DNA of 64,000 bases, taken from Candidatus Woesearchaeota archaeon. GTDB lineage: Archaea > Nanobdellota > Nanobdellia > Woesearchaeales > JAZDKJ01. Of the stretch, positions 19,497-30,300 are shown in pieces (the first letter of the stretch is position 1; the number at the start of each line of letters is the position of its first letter). The translations under genes were made by a program, and so were the position numbers. Below the pieces are notes generated by a model. The model had not been told where the DNA came from, ran no database searches, and saw only the letters and a list, made by a program, of their open reading frames with translations. Location of the stretch: the NCBI GenBank assembly GCA_043803105.1, contig JAZDKJ010000005.1, forward strand, positions 64,001-128,000, given 5' to 3'.

Positions 19497-20552
19497 TTAT
19501 TTCTTACCAATTATCAGATTTATTCTTCTCACCAGCTTTGGAGAGATATAATGTGCAACTGTTACAGTATGGCTAGGCAACCATTCTTCTGTCTTTTTAG
19601 AAAACTTTTTATGACCTAACTTCTCTGCAATTTCATTATATACTTCTTTTATTTCATTCTTTGTGGGATGCGGATTTTTTTTGAGATATTTCTCAATTGT
19701 AAAAGTTGCATAATAAGACCTAACTAAATGCGGATAGAATCTTTTTCCGCAATATTTCAAGAAAGCACTTTCAAATTCAGTATCCCTTATAACATGATGC
19801 AGACCATTAGTAAAAACATACTCGTTAGGCCTTAGAGTTCTTATTTTCTTTGCAAGAGACGTGACATAAACCTCTGGAAATTCTTCCTCTATTTTTTGCG
19901 GAACCCCATTTTTGCCAGAAAACGTGAACATTACATTATCCTTTTGTATTTTTATATCTTTTTTTCGTAGGGTTGTAAGACCTTCGTGACCATTTATTTT
20001 ATCGTACACCTCACCACCTACACGCATATAAGTTTTAAGTAAGGTATAAAGCGGAAGAGCCATGAAATCCTTATTTCTTAAACCAAACAGCACATTTCTT
20101 CTCAATTTAGGCAAAACCTTTTCAAATTCATCAACTTTTTTGTATTTGGTATCCTGCGATTTTAGTTTTTTGTCTAAAGTGTATACATACGCGTATTCGC
20201 CGTTCGGATTTTGATAGATAACGTCCCAATGATGATTATTTGTCTGATCATGAATAGTCAAATGAGGAGAGAACAAAGAATATGCTCTGTCCAGTTTTTT
20301 CCCATTTGGAAGAATGATTATCCTTTCTCCAGCAACATGGTTATTGGGCAACAAATAACCTTTCAGGAAAGCCTTATCTTTGGAGTCAAGAAGAACATTG
20401 AATCTATTATGCAATTTAAAATAATTAACTATTTTTTTAACATTGCTTATATCAAAGTGATTTTCCCGAGTCCAGCCGGCCCTTGTTTTCCTTTGCGCAA
20501 TTAAGTCCTTTGCCCTTATTCTGATTGCACTTGCAGGAATATTTTTTTTCAT
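19497..20552 (-). CDS. Type IB topoisomerase-like protein (short bacterial/viral type) with HxxR motif
   Basis: MRVG, GLTTL, FSGKNG, PHLVRSY, LGH and HYISP match the TopIB catalytic core (R,K,R,H,Y). Confidence 0.75.
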   Translation of the reverse strand: MKKNIPASAIRIRAKDLIAQRKTRAGWTRENHFDISNVKKIVNYFKLHNRFNVLLDSKDKAFLKGYLLPNNHVAGERIIILPNGKKLDRAYSLFSPHLTIHDQTNNHHWDVIYQNPNGEYAYVYTLDKKLKSQDTKYKKVDEFEKVLPKLRRNVLFGLRNKDFMALPLYTLLKTYMRVGGEVYDKINGHEGLTTLRKKDIKIQKDNVMFTFSGKNGVPQKIEEEFPEVYVTSLAKKIRTLRPNEYVFTNGLHHVIRDTEFESAFLKYCGKRFYPHLVRSYYATFTIEKYLKKNPHPTKNEIKEVYNEIAEKLGHKKFSKKTEEWLPSHTVTVAHYISPKLVRRINLIIGKK

Positions 20553-20652
20553 TATTTGCAGAATATGCAGTTCCAGTTAATTTAAATGTTTGCATGTTTC
20601 AATAATTCGAATTTTTGTAAGATTTATAAGGCTGGGAGTTTTTCAGAACAGC

Positions 20653-22194
20653 ATGATAAAGCTTGGGACTTTGCCAGCAAACCCTGGATGCTATTTATTC
20701 AAGGATGCAACAAAAAGAGTAATCTATGTAGGAAAGGCAAAAGAGCTGCGCAAGAGAGTTGCAAATTACTTTACCAAGAAGAATTTGGATGCAAAGACTG
20801 AGGCTCTTGTTGACCACATTGATTCAGTGGAGTTTTTTATAACAAACAATGCGGTTGAAGCGCTAATTCTTGAGAACAACCTGATAAAAAGAAACCAGCC
20901 AAAATACAACATTAACCTCAAGGACTCCAAAAGATATGCTTATATCCAGATAACAGATGAGGATTTTCCAAAACTACTCACTGCACGCAAAATCACAGAA
21001 GGAAAGTTCTTCGGGCCATTCGTGTCCGGGCTGGAAAGAGACTATGTGCAACAACTGCTTATCAGGAATTTCAAGATTCGCACATGCAAGGGATTTCCAA
21101 AAAGGCCGTGCCTTAGACACCACATCAACCTTTGTGATGCTCCCTGTGTTGGGCATGTAACAAAAGAGAGATACAATGAGAGGATAACAAGGATAACATC
21201 AATACTAAGAGGAAAGACCAGAGAACTCGCAGCAGAACTAAAAGAGCAAATGAGTGAACAATCGAAGCAGCAAAACTATGAGGCTGCCATAGAAATAAGG
21301 GATCAACTCAAAGCAGTTGAGAGCCTTAAGGAAAGACAAACAGTGGAGAGACAAAAAGAGTACAATGAAGACATCATCAACTATATTATACGAGACAACA
21401 AGGTCTACCTGCTGCTCTTCAACATCTACAAGGGAACGCTATCAAACAAAGACGAGTTTGAATTCGACTTTTCAGAAGAGTTCCTGGAAGAATTCATAGT
21501 GCAATATTATTCGGATCATGAAATACCAAGAGAACTCATCTTGCCAACAGGGGTGGATGAGTCTATCGAGCAATATCTTCATAATGTGAAGAGAAAAAAA
21601 GTCAATGTCACAATACCAAAAATAGGAGAGAAAAAAGACCTTCTCGAACTAGTAAAGAAAAACATTGAGATAAGCTTTTTTGCAGATGAATCCAAGATGG
21701 AAGAATTGCAGAAGAAACTTAAGCTGCAGGACATGCCTCGCGTCATTGAATGTTTTGACATCTCGCATCTGTCAGGAACATCCACGGTTGGCTCCATGGT
21801 ACAATTCCGCAACGGAAAACCAGACAAAAGCAACTACAGAAGATTCAAGATACAATCAGTAAATGGAATTGATGACCTTAGGGCAATAGCAGAGATTGTT
21901 AGAAGAAGGTATACACGATTAAAAAACGAAAACCTAGAAATGCCTCACTTGGTTGTCATTGATGGCGGAGTTGGACAACTGAATTTTGCGCTGGAAGAAC
22001 TAAAGAGACTTGAAATAAGTATACCAACAATATCACTTGCAAAACAATTTGAAGAAGTTCATTTGCCAGGACTGAAATTCCCTATAAAACCAGAGGGAAA
22101 GGCCTTGCGATTCCTTCAAGAGGTAAGGGACGAAGCGCACAGGTTTGCGATAAAATACAACAGACTTCTGAGGAGAAAGGAAATAATAGGTTAA
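20653..22194 (+). CDS. uvrC: Excinuclease ABC subunit C (no C-terminal HhH domain)
   Basis: GIY-YIG PGCYLF…YVGKA; IECFDISH; IDGG; RDEAHRFA. Confidence 0.96.
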   Translation: MIKLGTLPANPGCYLFKDATKRVIYVGKAKELRKRVANYFTKKNLDAKTEALVDHIDSVEFFITNNAVEALILENNLIKRNQPKYNINLKDSKRYAYIQITDEDFPKLLTARKITEGKFFGPFVSGLERDYVQQLLIRNFKIRTCKGFPKRPCLRHHINLCDAPCVGHVTKERYNERITRITSILRGKTRELAAELKEQMSEQSKQQNYEAAIEIRDQLKAVESLKERQTVERQKEYNEDIINYIIRDNKVYLLLFNIYKGTLSNKDEFEFDFSEEFLEEFIVQYYSDHEIPRELILPTGVDESIEQYLHNVKRKKVNVTIPKIGEKKDLLELVKKNIEISFFADESKMEELQKKLKLQDMPRVIECFDISHLSGTSTVGSMVQFRNGKPDKSNYRRFKIQSVNGIDDLRAIAEIVRRRYTRLKNENLEMPHLVVIDGGVGQLNFALEELKRLEISIPTISLAKQFEEVHLPGLKFPIKPEGKALRFLQEVRDEAHRFAIKYNRLLRRKEIIG

Positions 22195-22238
22195 ACCACA
22201 AGCTTAGATTTAAAAACCTGTAGAGCTTCCAAGAGCAG

Positions 22239-24182
22239 ATGGAATTCAAATTAAAAGCAAGCTTTAAGCCAGCCGGTTCACAGCCGGAGGCAATAAAGAA
22301 GCTCGTTGAAGGGATCAAAAAAGGCTATGACTCCCAGACACTCTTAGGTGTAACGGGCAGCGGAAAAACTTTCAGTATGGCTAATATCATAGCACAAGTC
22401 CAGAAGCCAACACTGGTCTTGGCACATAACAAGACCCTTGCTGCACAACTTTATAACGAATTTAAGGATTTCTTTCCAGAGAACAGGATAGAATATTTTG
22501 TATCATATTATGACTATTACCAGCCTGAAAGCTACATACCGCAAAGAGACCTGTACATTGAGAAGGATGCCCAGATCAACCCAAAGATAGAGCAGATGAG
22601 GCTATCAGCAACAGCTTCGCTGATGTCCAGAAAAGACGTGATTGTGGTGGCGTCAGTATCATGCATCTATGGCCTAGGCAATCCTGAAAATTTCAGGAAT
22701 TTAGGGTTTGAACTGGCAATAAAGCAGGACATGCCAAGAGAGCAGCTGCTAAGAAGGCTCGTCGACATACAATACGAAAGAAACGATGTAGAGCTGATAC
22801 CTGGAAGATTTAGAGTAAAGGGGAACATCATAGACTTGATCCCAGGATACTACAACAACATAATCAGGATAGAGCTTGAAGAGGATAAAGTGGCAAGCAT
22901 AAAGGAACTGGACAAGAACACAATGCAGGCAATAGAAAAAATGGACCACTACTACGTATATCCAGCAAGGCACTTTGTCATAGCACAGGATGAGAAAGAA
23001 CAGGCAATAGTTGCAATAAAAAAAGAACTGCAAGAGAGGCTGCCAAAGCTAGGGCTGATTGAGGCGCACAGGCTAAAGCAAAGAACTCTATATGACATAG
23101 AAATGATAGAGGAAACAGGATACTGCAAGGGAATAGAAAACTACTCAAGGCATTTTGACAGAAGAAATGAGGGTGAAAAGCCTTACTGCCTGCTGGACTA
23201 TTTTCCAGATGACTTCTTGCTTTTTATTGATGAAAGCCACCAAACAATACCCCAACTGCATGGAATGTATAACGGAGACAAATCAAGGAAACAAACATTA
23301 GTGGATTATGGTTTCAGGTTGCCGTCTGCATTTGACAACAGGCCTTTGAAGTTTGAGGAATTTGAAACATACATGAAAAAAGTGGTCTACGTATCAGCAA
23401 CACCCTCAGAATATGAGCTAAAGCACAGCAAGCAAGTGGTTGAACAGATAATCAGGCCTACAGGGCTAATCGACCCAATTGTTGAGGTCAGGCAAAGCGA
23501 GGGCCAGATAGCTGATGTGATAAGGGAAATCAAGGACACAATCGCCAAAGGAAACAGGGTGCTTCTCACAACACTGACCAAAAAACTTGCGGAAGAGCTA
23601 AGCGAGCACTTGGCATCACGGGAAATAAAAACAAGGTACCTGCACTCCGAGGTTGAAACCCTGGAGAGAACAGAAATAATAAGGCAGCTAAGGCTTGGGA
23701 AGTTTGACGTACTCGTGGGAATAAACCTTCTCCGCGAGGGATTGGACATACCGGAGGTTGCGTTCATCGGAATACTTGATGCTGACAAGGAAGGCTTTTT
23801 GCGAGACACTAGAAGCCTGATACAAACAATAGGAAGGGCAGCGCGAAACACAGAGAGCAGGGTTGTGCTTTACGCAGATAAGTTGACTGACTCGATAAAG
23901 GCAGCGGTAGCAGAAACAAACAGAAGAAGAAGCCTGCAGATGGAATACAACGAGAAGAACAAGATAATCCCGAAAACCATCATAAAGCCAATAAGGGACA
24001 AAGAGATAGAAGTAGAGGACGTAAAGCACATACCCAAAGCAGACATACCGAACCTATTGATTCAGCTCGAGGCTGAGATGAGGGAATCTGCAGAGAGGCT
24101 TGACTTTGAGAGGGCAATAGCCATAAGAGATCAGATAAAAAGGTTCCGGGGAAGACTAGAGGATAAGCAGCAAAATTTATAA
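22239..24182 (+). CDS. uvrB: Excinuclease ABC subunit B
   Basis: GVTGSGKT; YYDYYQPE; DESH; GRAARN. Confidence 0.98.
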   Translation: MEFKLKASFKPAGSQPEAIKKLVEGIKKGYDSQTLLGVTGSGKTFSMANIIAQVQKPTLVLAHNKTLAAQLYNEFKDFFPENRIEYFVSYYDYYQPESYIPQRDLYIEKDAQINPKIEQMRLSATASLMSRKDVIVVASVSCIYGLGNPENFRNLGFELAIKQDMPREQLLRRLVDIQYERNDVELIPGRFRVKGNIIDLIPGYYNNIIRIELEEDKVASIKELDKNTMQAIEKMDHYYVYPARHFVIAQDEKEQAIVAIKKELQERLPKLGLIEAHRLKQRTLYDIEMIEETGYCKGIENYSRHFDRRNEGEKPYCLLDYFPDDFLLFIDESHQTIPQLHGMYNGDKSRKQTLVDYGFRLPSAFDNRPLKFEEFETYMKKVVYVSATPSEYELKHSKQVVEQIIRPTGLIDPIVEVRQSEGQIADVIREIKDTIAKGNRVLLTTLTKKLAEELSEHLASREIKTRYLHSEVETLERTEIIRQLRLGKFDVLVGINLLREGLDIPEVAFIGILDADKEGFLRDTRSLIQTIGRAARNTESRVVLYADKLTDSIKAAVAETNRRRSLQMEYNEKNKIIPKTIIKPIRDKEIEVEDVKHIPKADIPNLLIQLEAEMRESAERLDFERAIAIRDQIKRFRGRLEDKQQNL

Positions 24183-24206
24183 AGCAGACTTGCTGGAATA
24201 AGAAAA

Positions 24207-24551
24207 ATGGATGCATGGGGATGGTTTCTGGCTATTATGTTAGTGATTCTAATATTGCTTGTAGCAGCAATGGTCTTGTTCAAGCCAAAAAAGAAGACTC
24301 CCACTGATTATCATGGCCTGTTCATGATAGGCGCACTCTGGGTCATTATAGGCATACCCTTTAGGAACTATTGGCTTGCAGGAATAGGTGCGATATTCAT
24401 TGTGGTTGCGCTTGCGAACAAGCACAAATGGAAGAAAAACAAGCAAAGCTGGCAGAAGCTCAACAGGTCTGAAAAAATCACAAGACTTGTACTATACATT
24501 CTGATGGCAATTGTCATCCTGGCTGGCCTCGTAGGGTATTTCAAGCAATGA
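24207..24551 (+). CDS. Hypothetical membrane protein
   Basis: Four hydrophobic segments. Confidence 0.6.
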   Translation: MDAWGWFLAIMLVILILLVAAMVLFKPKKKTPTDYHGLFMIGALWVIIGIPFRNYWLAGIGAIFIVVALANKHKWKKNKQSWQKLNRSEKITRLVLYILMAIVILAGLVGYFKQ

Positions 24552-25036
24552 GAGAGCTGTTCGACAATCTACCGAGAATCTCGCTACAAGACAACTGTGA
24601 CTTTCTCATAGACAGCTGCTTCTTTGTATGGATATTTGAAAAGAACAAGGAGAAGGAGTTTGAAAGGGTTCTCGAAAAAAGCATATGCGCGATAACATCC
24701 TTTAATGCAGACGAACTGGCACATATTAGCCATAGACTAAATGACAAGGTCAGGGAAAGTGCGAGAAAAGAGTTAAAGAAATCAGAGCACCTTTTCCTCT
24801 TGGATGTTCCGGTAAAGCCGGGGAACAAGATGGAGGAAATTGAGTTTGTGAAGCGGATAGTCCCAGAATTCAATTGTGTGGAGCATGACCCAAGCGATGC
24901 TGTAATCCTTGCGGCGGCGGTAAGCACAGGCGCAAATGTGCTCACACGGGATAAGCATGACCTATTCAACGCAAGAATGGCGAATTGCCTGAACAGGTAT
25001 TCTATCAAGGTTCTGAATACCTTTGAAAGGGTCTGA
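24548..25036 (+). CDS. PIN domain protein
   Basis: FLIDSC; DPSDAVILAAA; LTRDKH. Confidence 0.75.
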   Translation: MRELFDNLPRISLQDNCDFLIDSCFFVWIFEKNKEKEFERVLEKSICAITSFNADELAHISHRLNDKVRESARKELKKSEHLFLLDVPVKPGNKMEEIEFVKRIVPEFNCVEHDPSDAVILAAAVSTGANVLTRDKHDLFNARMANCLNRYSIKVLNTFERV

Positions 25037-25194
25037 CAACCAGAATGCAACAAGGCCATCTTAGTCATTATCACTAATGATAATCAAGATCATTGTTGAA
25101 TTGTCGGATTTTATCAGGGTAGGAGAAACAATTCTTGTTGTTCAATAAGCTTAGCAACAATAGTTTTATAACAATACCAAATTTCTAAGGGAGC

Positions 25195-27129
25195 ATGGAA
25201 TTCAAAGGGTTCGTCCTTGACAAGTTCCAAGAAGAAGCAATCAGCTCGATTGAGAAAAACCATTCTGCAATAGTTTCAGCACCGACAGGAAGCGGAAAGA
25301 CACTCATAGCAGACTACATAATCGACAGGGAGCTAAAGGTCGGAAAAAGAGTGATATACACATCACCTATCAAAGCATTATCAAACCAGAAATACCATGA
25401 CTTCTGCGAAGATTATGGAGAAGAAAAAATCGGGATAATGACCGGAGACATAGTGATACGCCCTGAGGCACCGATTCTAATAATGACCACAGAAGTCTAC
25501 AGAAACAAGGCAATAGTGAGAGACGAAATGCTAAAAGAAATCAGCTATTGCATAATGGACGAAATACACTTCATAGCAGATGAAGAAAGAGGGCATGTCT
25601 GGGAAGAGTCAATCATATTTGCGCCGGAACAAACAAGGTTCCTGTTCTTGTCAGCGACTATACCCAATGCAAGAGAATTTGCATCATGGGTAACCACAAT
25701 CAAAGAACATAAGGTAGATGTTGTGGAACAAAGCGAGCGTCCTGTGCCGCTAGAAATCTCGTTCTATGACTCTGAACTTGGAATCACTACGCTTAAAAAA
25801 ATAAAAGAAAGAAAAGAGTTAGACAATATTCCTGACTATAAAGAGCTTTTTTCCAGGCATCAAAGGCATATAACAAGAATCAGGCCACCCGATCTCACTG
25901 AACTCATTACTGAACTAAGGAAACAAGAAAGATTGCCTTGCATATGCTTTGTCTTCTCAAGAGCAAAAACGCAAGAGTACGGATTAAGACTGGCAAAACA
26001 GGAGTTTTTGGGTACAGAAGAAAAAACCAAGGTTTCAATGATTGTCTCTGCAGAAATGCAAAAGCTTAGCCAGGGAGTGAAACAACTAAAGTCAACAATA
26101 AACCTTAGAAACTGCATGGCAAAGGGAGTCGCATTCCATAACGCAGGCATGCTGCCAGAGGCAAAACATCTTGTGGAAAAACTTTTTTCGATGGGACTGA
26201 TAAAAGTGCTTTTCGCAACAGAGACTTTTGCTGTAGGAATAAACATGCCTGCGCGAACAGTTGTTTTTGATTCCCTTAGGAAGTTTACAGGAACAGAGTT
26301 TCGGTCAATGAACAGCAAGGAGTTTTTCCAGCTTGCAGGAAGGGCTGGCAGAAGGGGAATAGACAAGGTGGGATATGCAATAGCAATAATCCACAGGCCA
26401 AGCGCAGACCTAGAGCAAATAGCAAAATTCACGAAGAAGGATGACATGCCCATCAAAAGCCAATTTCGGCTTTCGTATAACTCTGTCCTGAACATGATTG
26501 ACCTGCATACCAAAGAGGAGATTGAAGTAATACTAAAAATGAACTTTTTCACATTCCAGGAGACCAAAGGCAACAAGAGAATGGTAAGCCACATAAGGGC
26601 AAGGTTTGACAATCTTGCAAAGGAACTACACAAAATGAAGTATGTGGAAAATGGGAAACTAACAGCGCTTGGCAGGTTCACAACAAAGATATTTTCCAAC
26701 GAAATAGAAATATCACAATTGTTTGCTGCAACAAACCATGAATTTGACGAATATGACATGCTTTTGACACTTGGGAGCTTGGTCTATGAAGAAAAAAAAG
26801 AGCATCAATTCGAGGCAACCTATCCAACGAAAAAAATCAACAGATTGATGCTGCTGGTACAATCCAATCCATACCTGCGAAAGCACGAATGGATAAAAAA
26901 TATGGAGAAAATAACAGCAATATTGTACCCAACATACCAGCAGAAGAAATTTGAGGACATAATGAAAAACACCAACATGCCTGAGGGCGACCTGATAAGG
27001 TTTTTTGGACAGCTAACTGACAAACTGGAACAGATAGACAGGGCCTCAACTGACAGCAGGCAAAGGCAGATAGTAAGGAATTGCAAGCATCTGATAAAGA
27101 ATACTCTTTCTGGAATACAGGTACTGTAA
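25195..27129 (+). CDS. Ski2/HelY-like DExH-box helicase
   Basis: APTGSGKT; PIKALSNQK; DEIH; ATETFAVGINMPA; AGRAGRRG. Confidence 0.93.
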   Translation: MEFKGFVLDKFQEEAISSIEKNHSAIVSAPTGSGKTLIADYIIDRELKVGKRVIYTSPIKALSNQKYHDFCEDYGEEKIGIMTGDIVIRPEAPILIMTTEVYRNKAIVRDEMLKEISYCIMDEIHFIADEERGHVWEESIIFAPEQTRFLFLSATIPNAREFASWVTTIKEHKVDVVEQSERPVPLEISFYDSELGITTLKKIKERKELDNIPDYKELFSRHQRHITRIRPPDLTELITELRKQERLPCICFVFSRAKTQEYGLRLAKQEFLGTEEKTKVSMIVSAEMQKLSQGVKQLKSTINLRNCMAKGVAFHNAGMLPEAKHLVEKLFSMGLIKVLFATETFAVGINMPARTVVFDSLRKFTGTEFRSMNSKEFFQLAGRAGRRGIDKVGYAIAIIHRPSADLEQIAKFTKKDDMPIKSQFRLSYNSVLNMIDLHTKEEIEVILKMNFFTFQETKGNKRMVSHIRARFDNLAKELHKMKYVENGKLTALGRFTTKIFSNEIEISQLFAATNHEFDEYDMLLTLGSLVYEEKKEHQFEATYPTKKINRLMLLVQSNPYLRKHEWIKNMEKITAILYPTYQQKKFEDIMKNTNMPEGDLIRFFGQLTDKLEQIDRASTDSRQRQIVRNCKHLIKNTLSGIQVL

Positions 27130-27213
27130 ATTCAACTGGCAGTAATCCAATAGATCGCTTTCTGCAAAACATTTATATATAAGTTTATATAAAAATATAT
27201 AAATTTATATAAC

Positions 27214-27354
27214 ATGACCAGAAAGACAATTTCGCTGTCAGTGGACGACAGGGTGCATGCAGAATACATGGCACTATGCAAGAAGAATGGCATAGTCATG
27301 TCCAAGCAGATAGAGAACTTCATGCAGGAGATAATTAACCGGTTCAGAAAATGA
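27214..27354 (+). CDS. Small ribbon-helix-helix-like protein (46 aa, absent from ORF track)
   Basis: MTRKTISLSVDDRVHAEYMALCKKNGIVMSKQIENFMQE…; ATGA overlap with the protease gene. Confidence 0.65.
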   Translation: MTRKTISLSVDDRVHAEYMALCKKNGIVMSKQIENFMQEIINRFRK

Positions 27355-30300
27355 AGTGCATCTACCTTGTTGTCCTCATAATACTTCTCTGCAGTACAGC
27401 CTACGCTATTGAGATAGACAAAGGGGTTTATGATGAGCTTGGCAAAAGAGGAAGTGCATCTGTAATCGTTGAGCTCAATGACATAAAAACGCCAGGGACA
27501 CAACTTCAAGCAAGAAAAGTCGGGATAGAGCAGGCAATAGACAACACTCTTAAGAGACTGAAGAACCAGAACGGAACAATAAGAGTCATCCACGAATTCG
27601 GGAATGTGAATGCCTTTGTTGGAAATATCAGTTACGAAGCGTTATCAAAACTTGCGACAGACAGCGGCATTAAGAGCATACACCTCAAAGAAACACTGCA
27701 CATCCAACTGGCAGACACCAGGGAACAGATAAAGGCTGACGAGGCGCAAGGACTTGAGCTAGGTGGCCTTGGGATTGATGGCAGGGGGCAGACAGTGTGC
27801 TTACTTGACACAGGAGTGGACTACACGCACGAGAACCTTGGTGGAGGATATGGAATCAAGGTGATTGACGGCCATGACTATGTGAACAACGACAATGACC
27901 CGATGGATGACAATGGGCATGGAACACACGTGGCAGGGATAATCATCTCAAACCACACCACCTACAGGGGCATTGCACCTGGTGCAAAGATAGTGGCAGT
28001 AAAGGTCTGCAAAAGCAACGGAGACTGCGACAATGACAAAATCATAGCCGGAATGGACTGGTGCCTGAACAATGCGAGCAAATACAACATCTCGGCAATA
28101 AGTATCAGCATAGGAGACGGAGAAGCGTACAACAGGAGCACCTGTCCGACATGGATGGACGATGCACTAAACCAGGCAAGAGCACAAAACATAGTGGTGA
28201 GCGTGAGTTCAGGCAATGACTTCAACAAGGGCGGAATATCATACCCTGCGTGCTCGCCAAACACAACCTCAGTTGGGGCAGCATCAAAGGACAACAGCAT
28301 CACAGACTATTCAAACACAGCAAGCATACTCGACCTTATCGCTCCAGGTGGCGCACCAGGAAATGAGGTAAGGTCCACAAACCTGGGAGGGGGGTTTGCA
28401 GAAAGGTTTGGAACCTCGATGGCAGCGCCGCACGTGGCGGCAACGGTTGCACTACTCAAAGAATTCTACAGATTACAGGAAGGCAGTGTGCTAATGGCAG
28501 ATAGAGCAATAGCTGCAATGAAACAAAGCGGGACAAATATCACAGACAGCGGAAACGGGCTTGTGTTCCCATTAGTCAATGCCTATGACGCAATAAATCA
28601 ATTAGACAACAGAACTCCGATAATAAACCTGAGCCCTGAGAACGGATTCACAACCAAGAACCTAAGTTACACAATAAGGGCAACAAGCAACGAAGTGCTA
28701 AGAACTGCAATACTTGAGTGGAACGGCACAAACCTGACAATGCAGGGAAAGGGCAGGCTGTGGAACTACACAGTAACAGGAAGCACAGAGATGAGATACA
28801 AAGTCATTGCAAATGATTCTGCCAACAATTTCGGGATTTCCTCAGTCAATACAATGACCCTAAACGACTCAGCTCCAATAATCACTAACCATTATCCTTT
28901 GGCAAACAAGAGTGTCAAGGAGCCACTGAACGCAAGCTTCAACATCAGCTATGTTGAACCGAACGGCCAGGCTGTGCAGATAAACTGGTATAAGAATAAT
29001 GCAATGGTATCGAACACAACAAAGTACAATTTCCCTGGAAGCTATAGCAGCGCAGGCAACTACACAATAAAGGTAGTGCTAAATGACAGCCACTACGCGA
29101 CAATAATGGAATGGCGACTCTCTGTCAACAACACAAACAGAAAACCGACAATAGCTGCTGCGTGGATTAGCCCCACAAGGCCGGGAGACAACTCAAGCCT
29201 GAGATGCAACAACGGCAGCATCACAGATGAAGACAATGACAACATTACATTATTCTATGATTGGTACAATGGAAGCTGGAGAGGAATAAACAACCCAATA
29301 TTGATGGAAGGCAACACGAGCTGGCAGAGCAGGTGGAACTGCTCAATAAAGGCGTTTGACGGAACAGAAAACTCGACAGCAAAGGTCTCAGCTTCAGTTA
29401 TAATCAACAACACCGCACCAGCAATCATTGCTAGCAATCCGGCAGACAATCGTATCTCAATCAAGGAACCGAACAACCAGACATTCAATGTAACGGTAGC
29501 GGACAACGATCCCATAACTTTTGTTTGGACAATTAACGGGACAGATACAGGAAGCCAAGGCAGTTATGAATTCAAAGGCAATTACAGCTCAAAGGGAAGC
29601 TATGCAATAGGCGTTGTGGCAGGCGACGGCAGCCTTAATACAAGCAGGAGCTGGACTCTTGTAGTCAACCACACAAACAGGCAGCCAGAACAGACGCAAG
29701 AGCTAGTCACACAAAAACTGTACCTGAGAGAGAACAATACAATCAACCTCAGCCTATACTTCAGAGACCCTGACGGTGACAGCCTAAATTACAGCGCCTG
29801 GTCAACAAACATTACTGTCACAATAAGTTCAGGCATAGCAACCATCAAGGCAGGCAACCAGACTGGCAGTTTTCTTGCAAGCATTAATGCAAGCGACGGA
29901 CTGCTCAAGAAGGAAAACAGCTTCAACGTGACAGTGACAAAGGACAAGGACGGGGATAATCACAACTCAATAAACAGTGGAGGGGATGACTGCAATGACA
30001 ACCAAGCAGACATCTATCCCGGGGCAAGCTGCTCGTCAGAGTGCTACAGCGGGACCTACAGCGACCAATGTGCGTGCACAGGTGGCAGGAACACATGCAG
30101 GTCATCTGGGGGCGGAGGCGGCGGCGGAGGCAGCGCTGCAACGAAGCTTGCAGGCACTTCACGGTATTTTGATAGTATAGAACCTGGACTGGAGGTAAGG
30201 GTTTACACAGACATAGCAATAAGTGCTGTAGTGTTTGCAACCAACAAGCCAAAAACAGGTGTGACAATATCAGTAAAGGAAAGCAAACTCAACAGGACAG

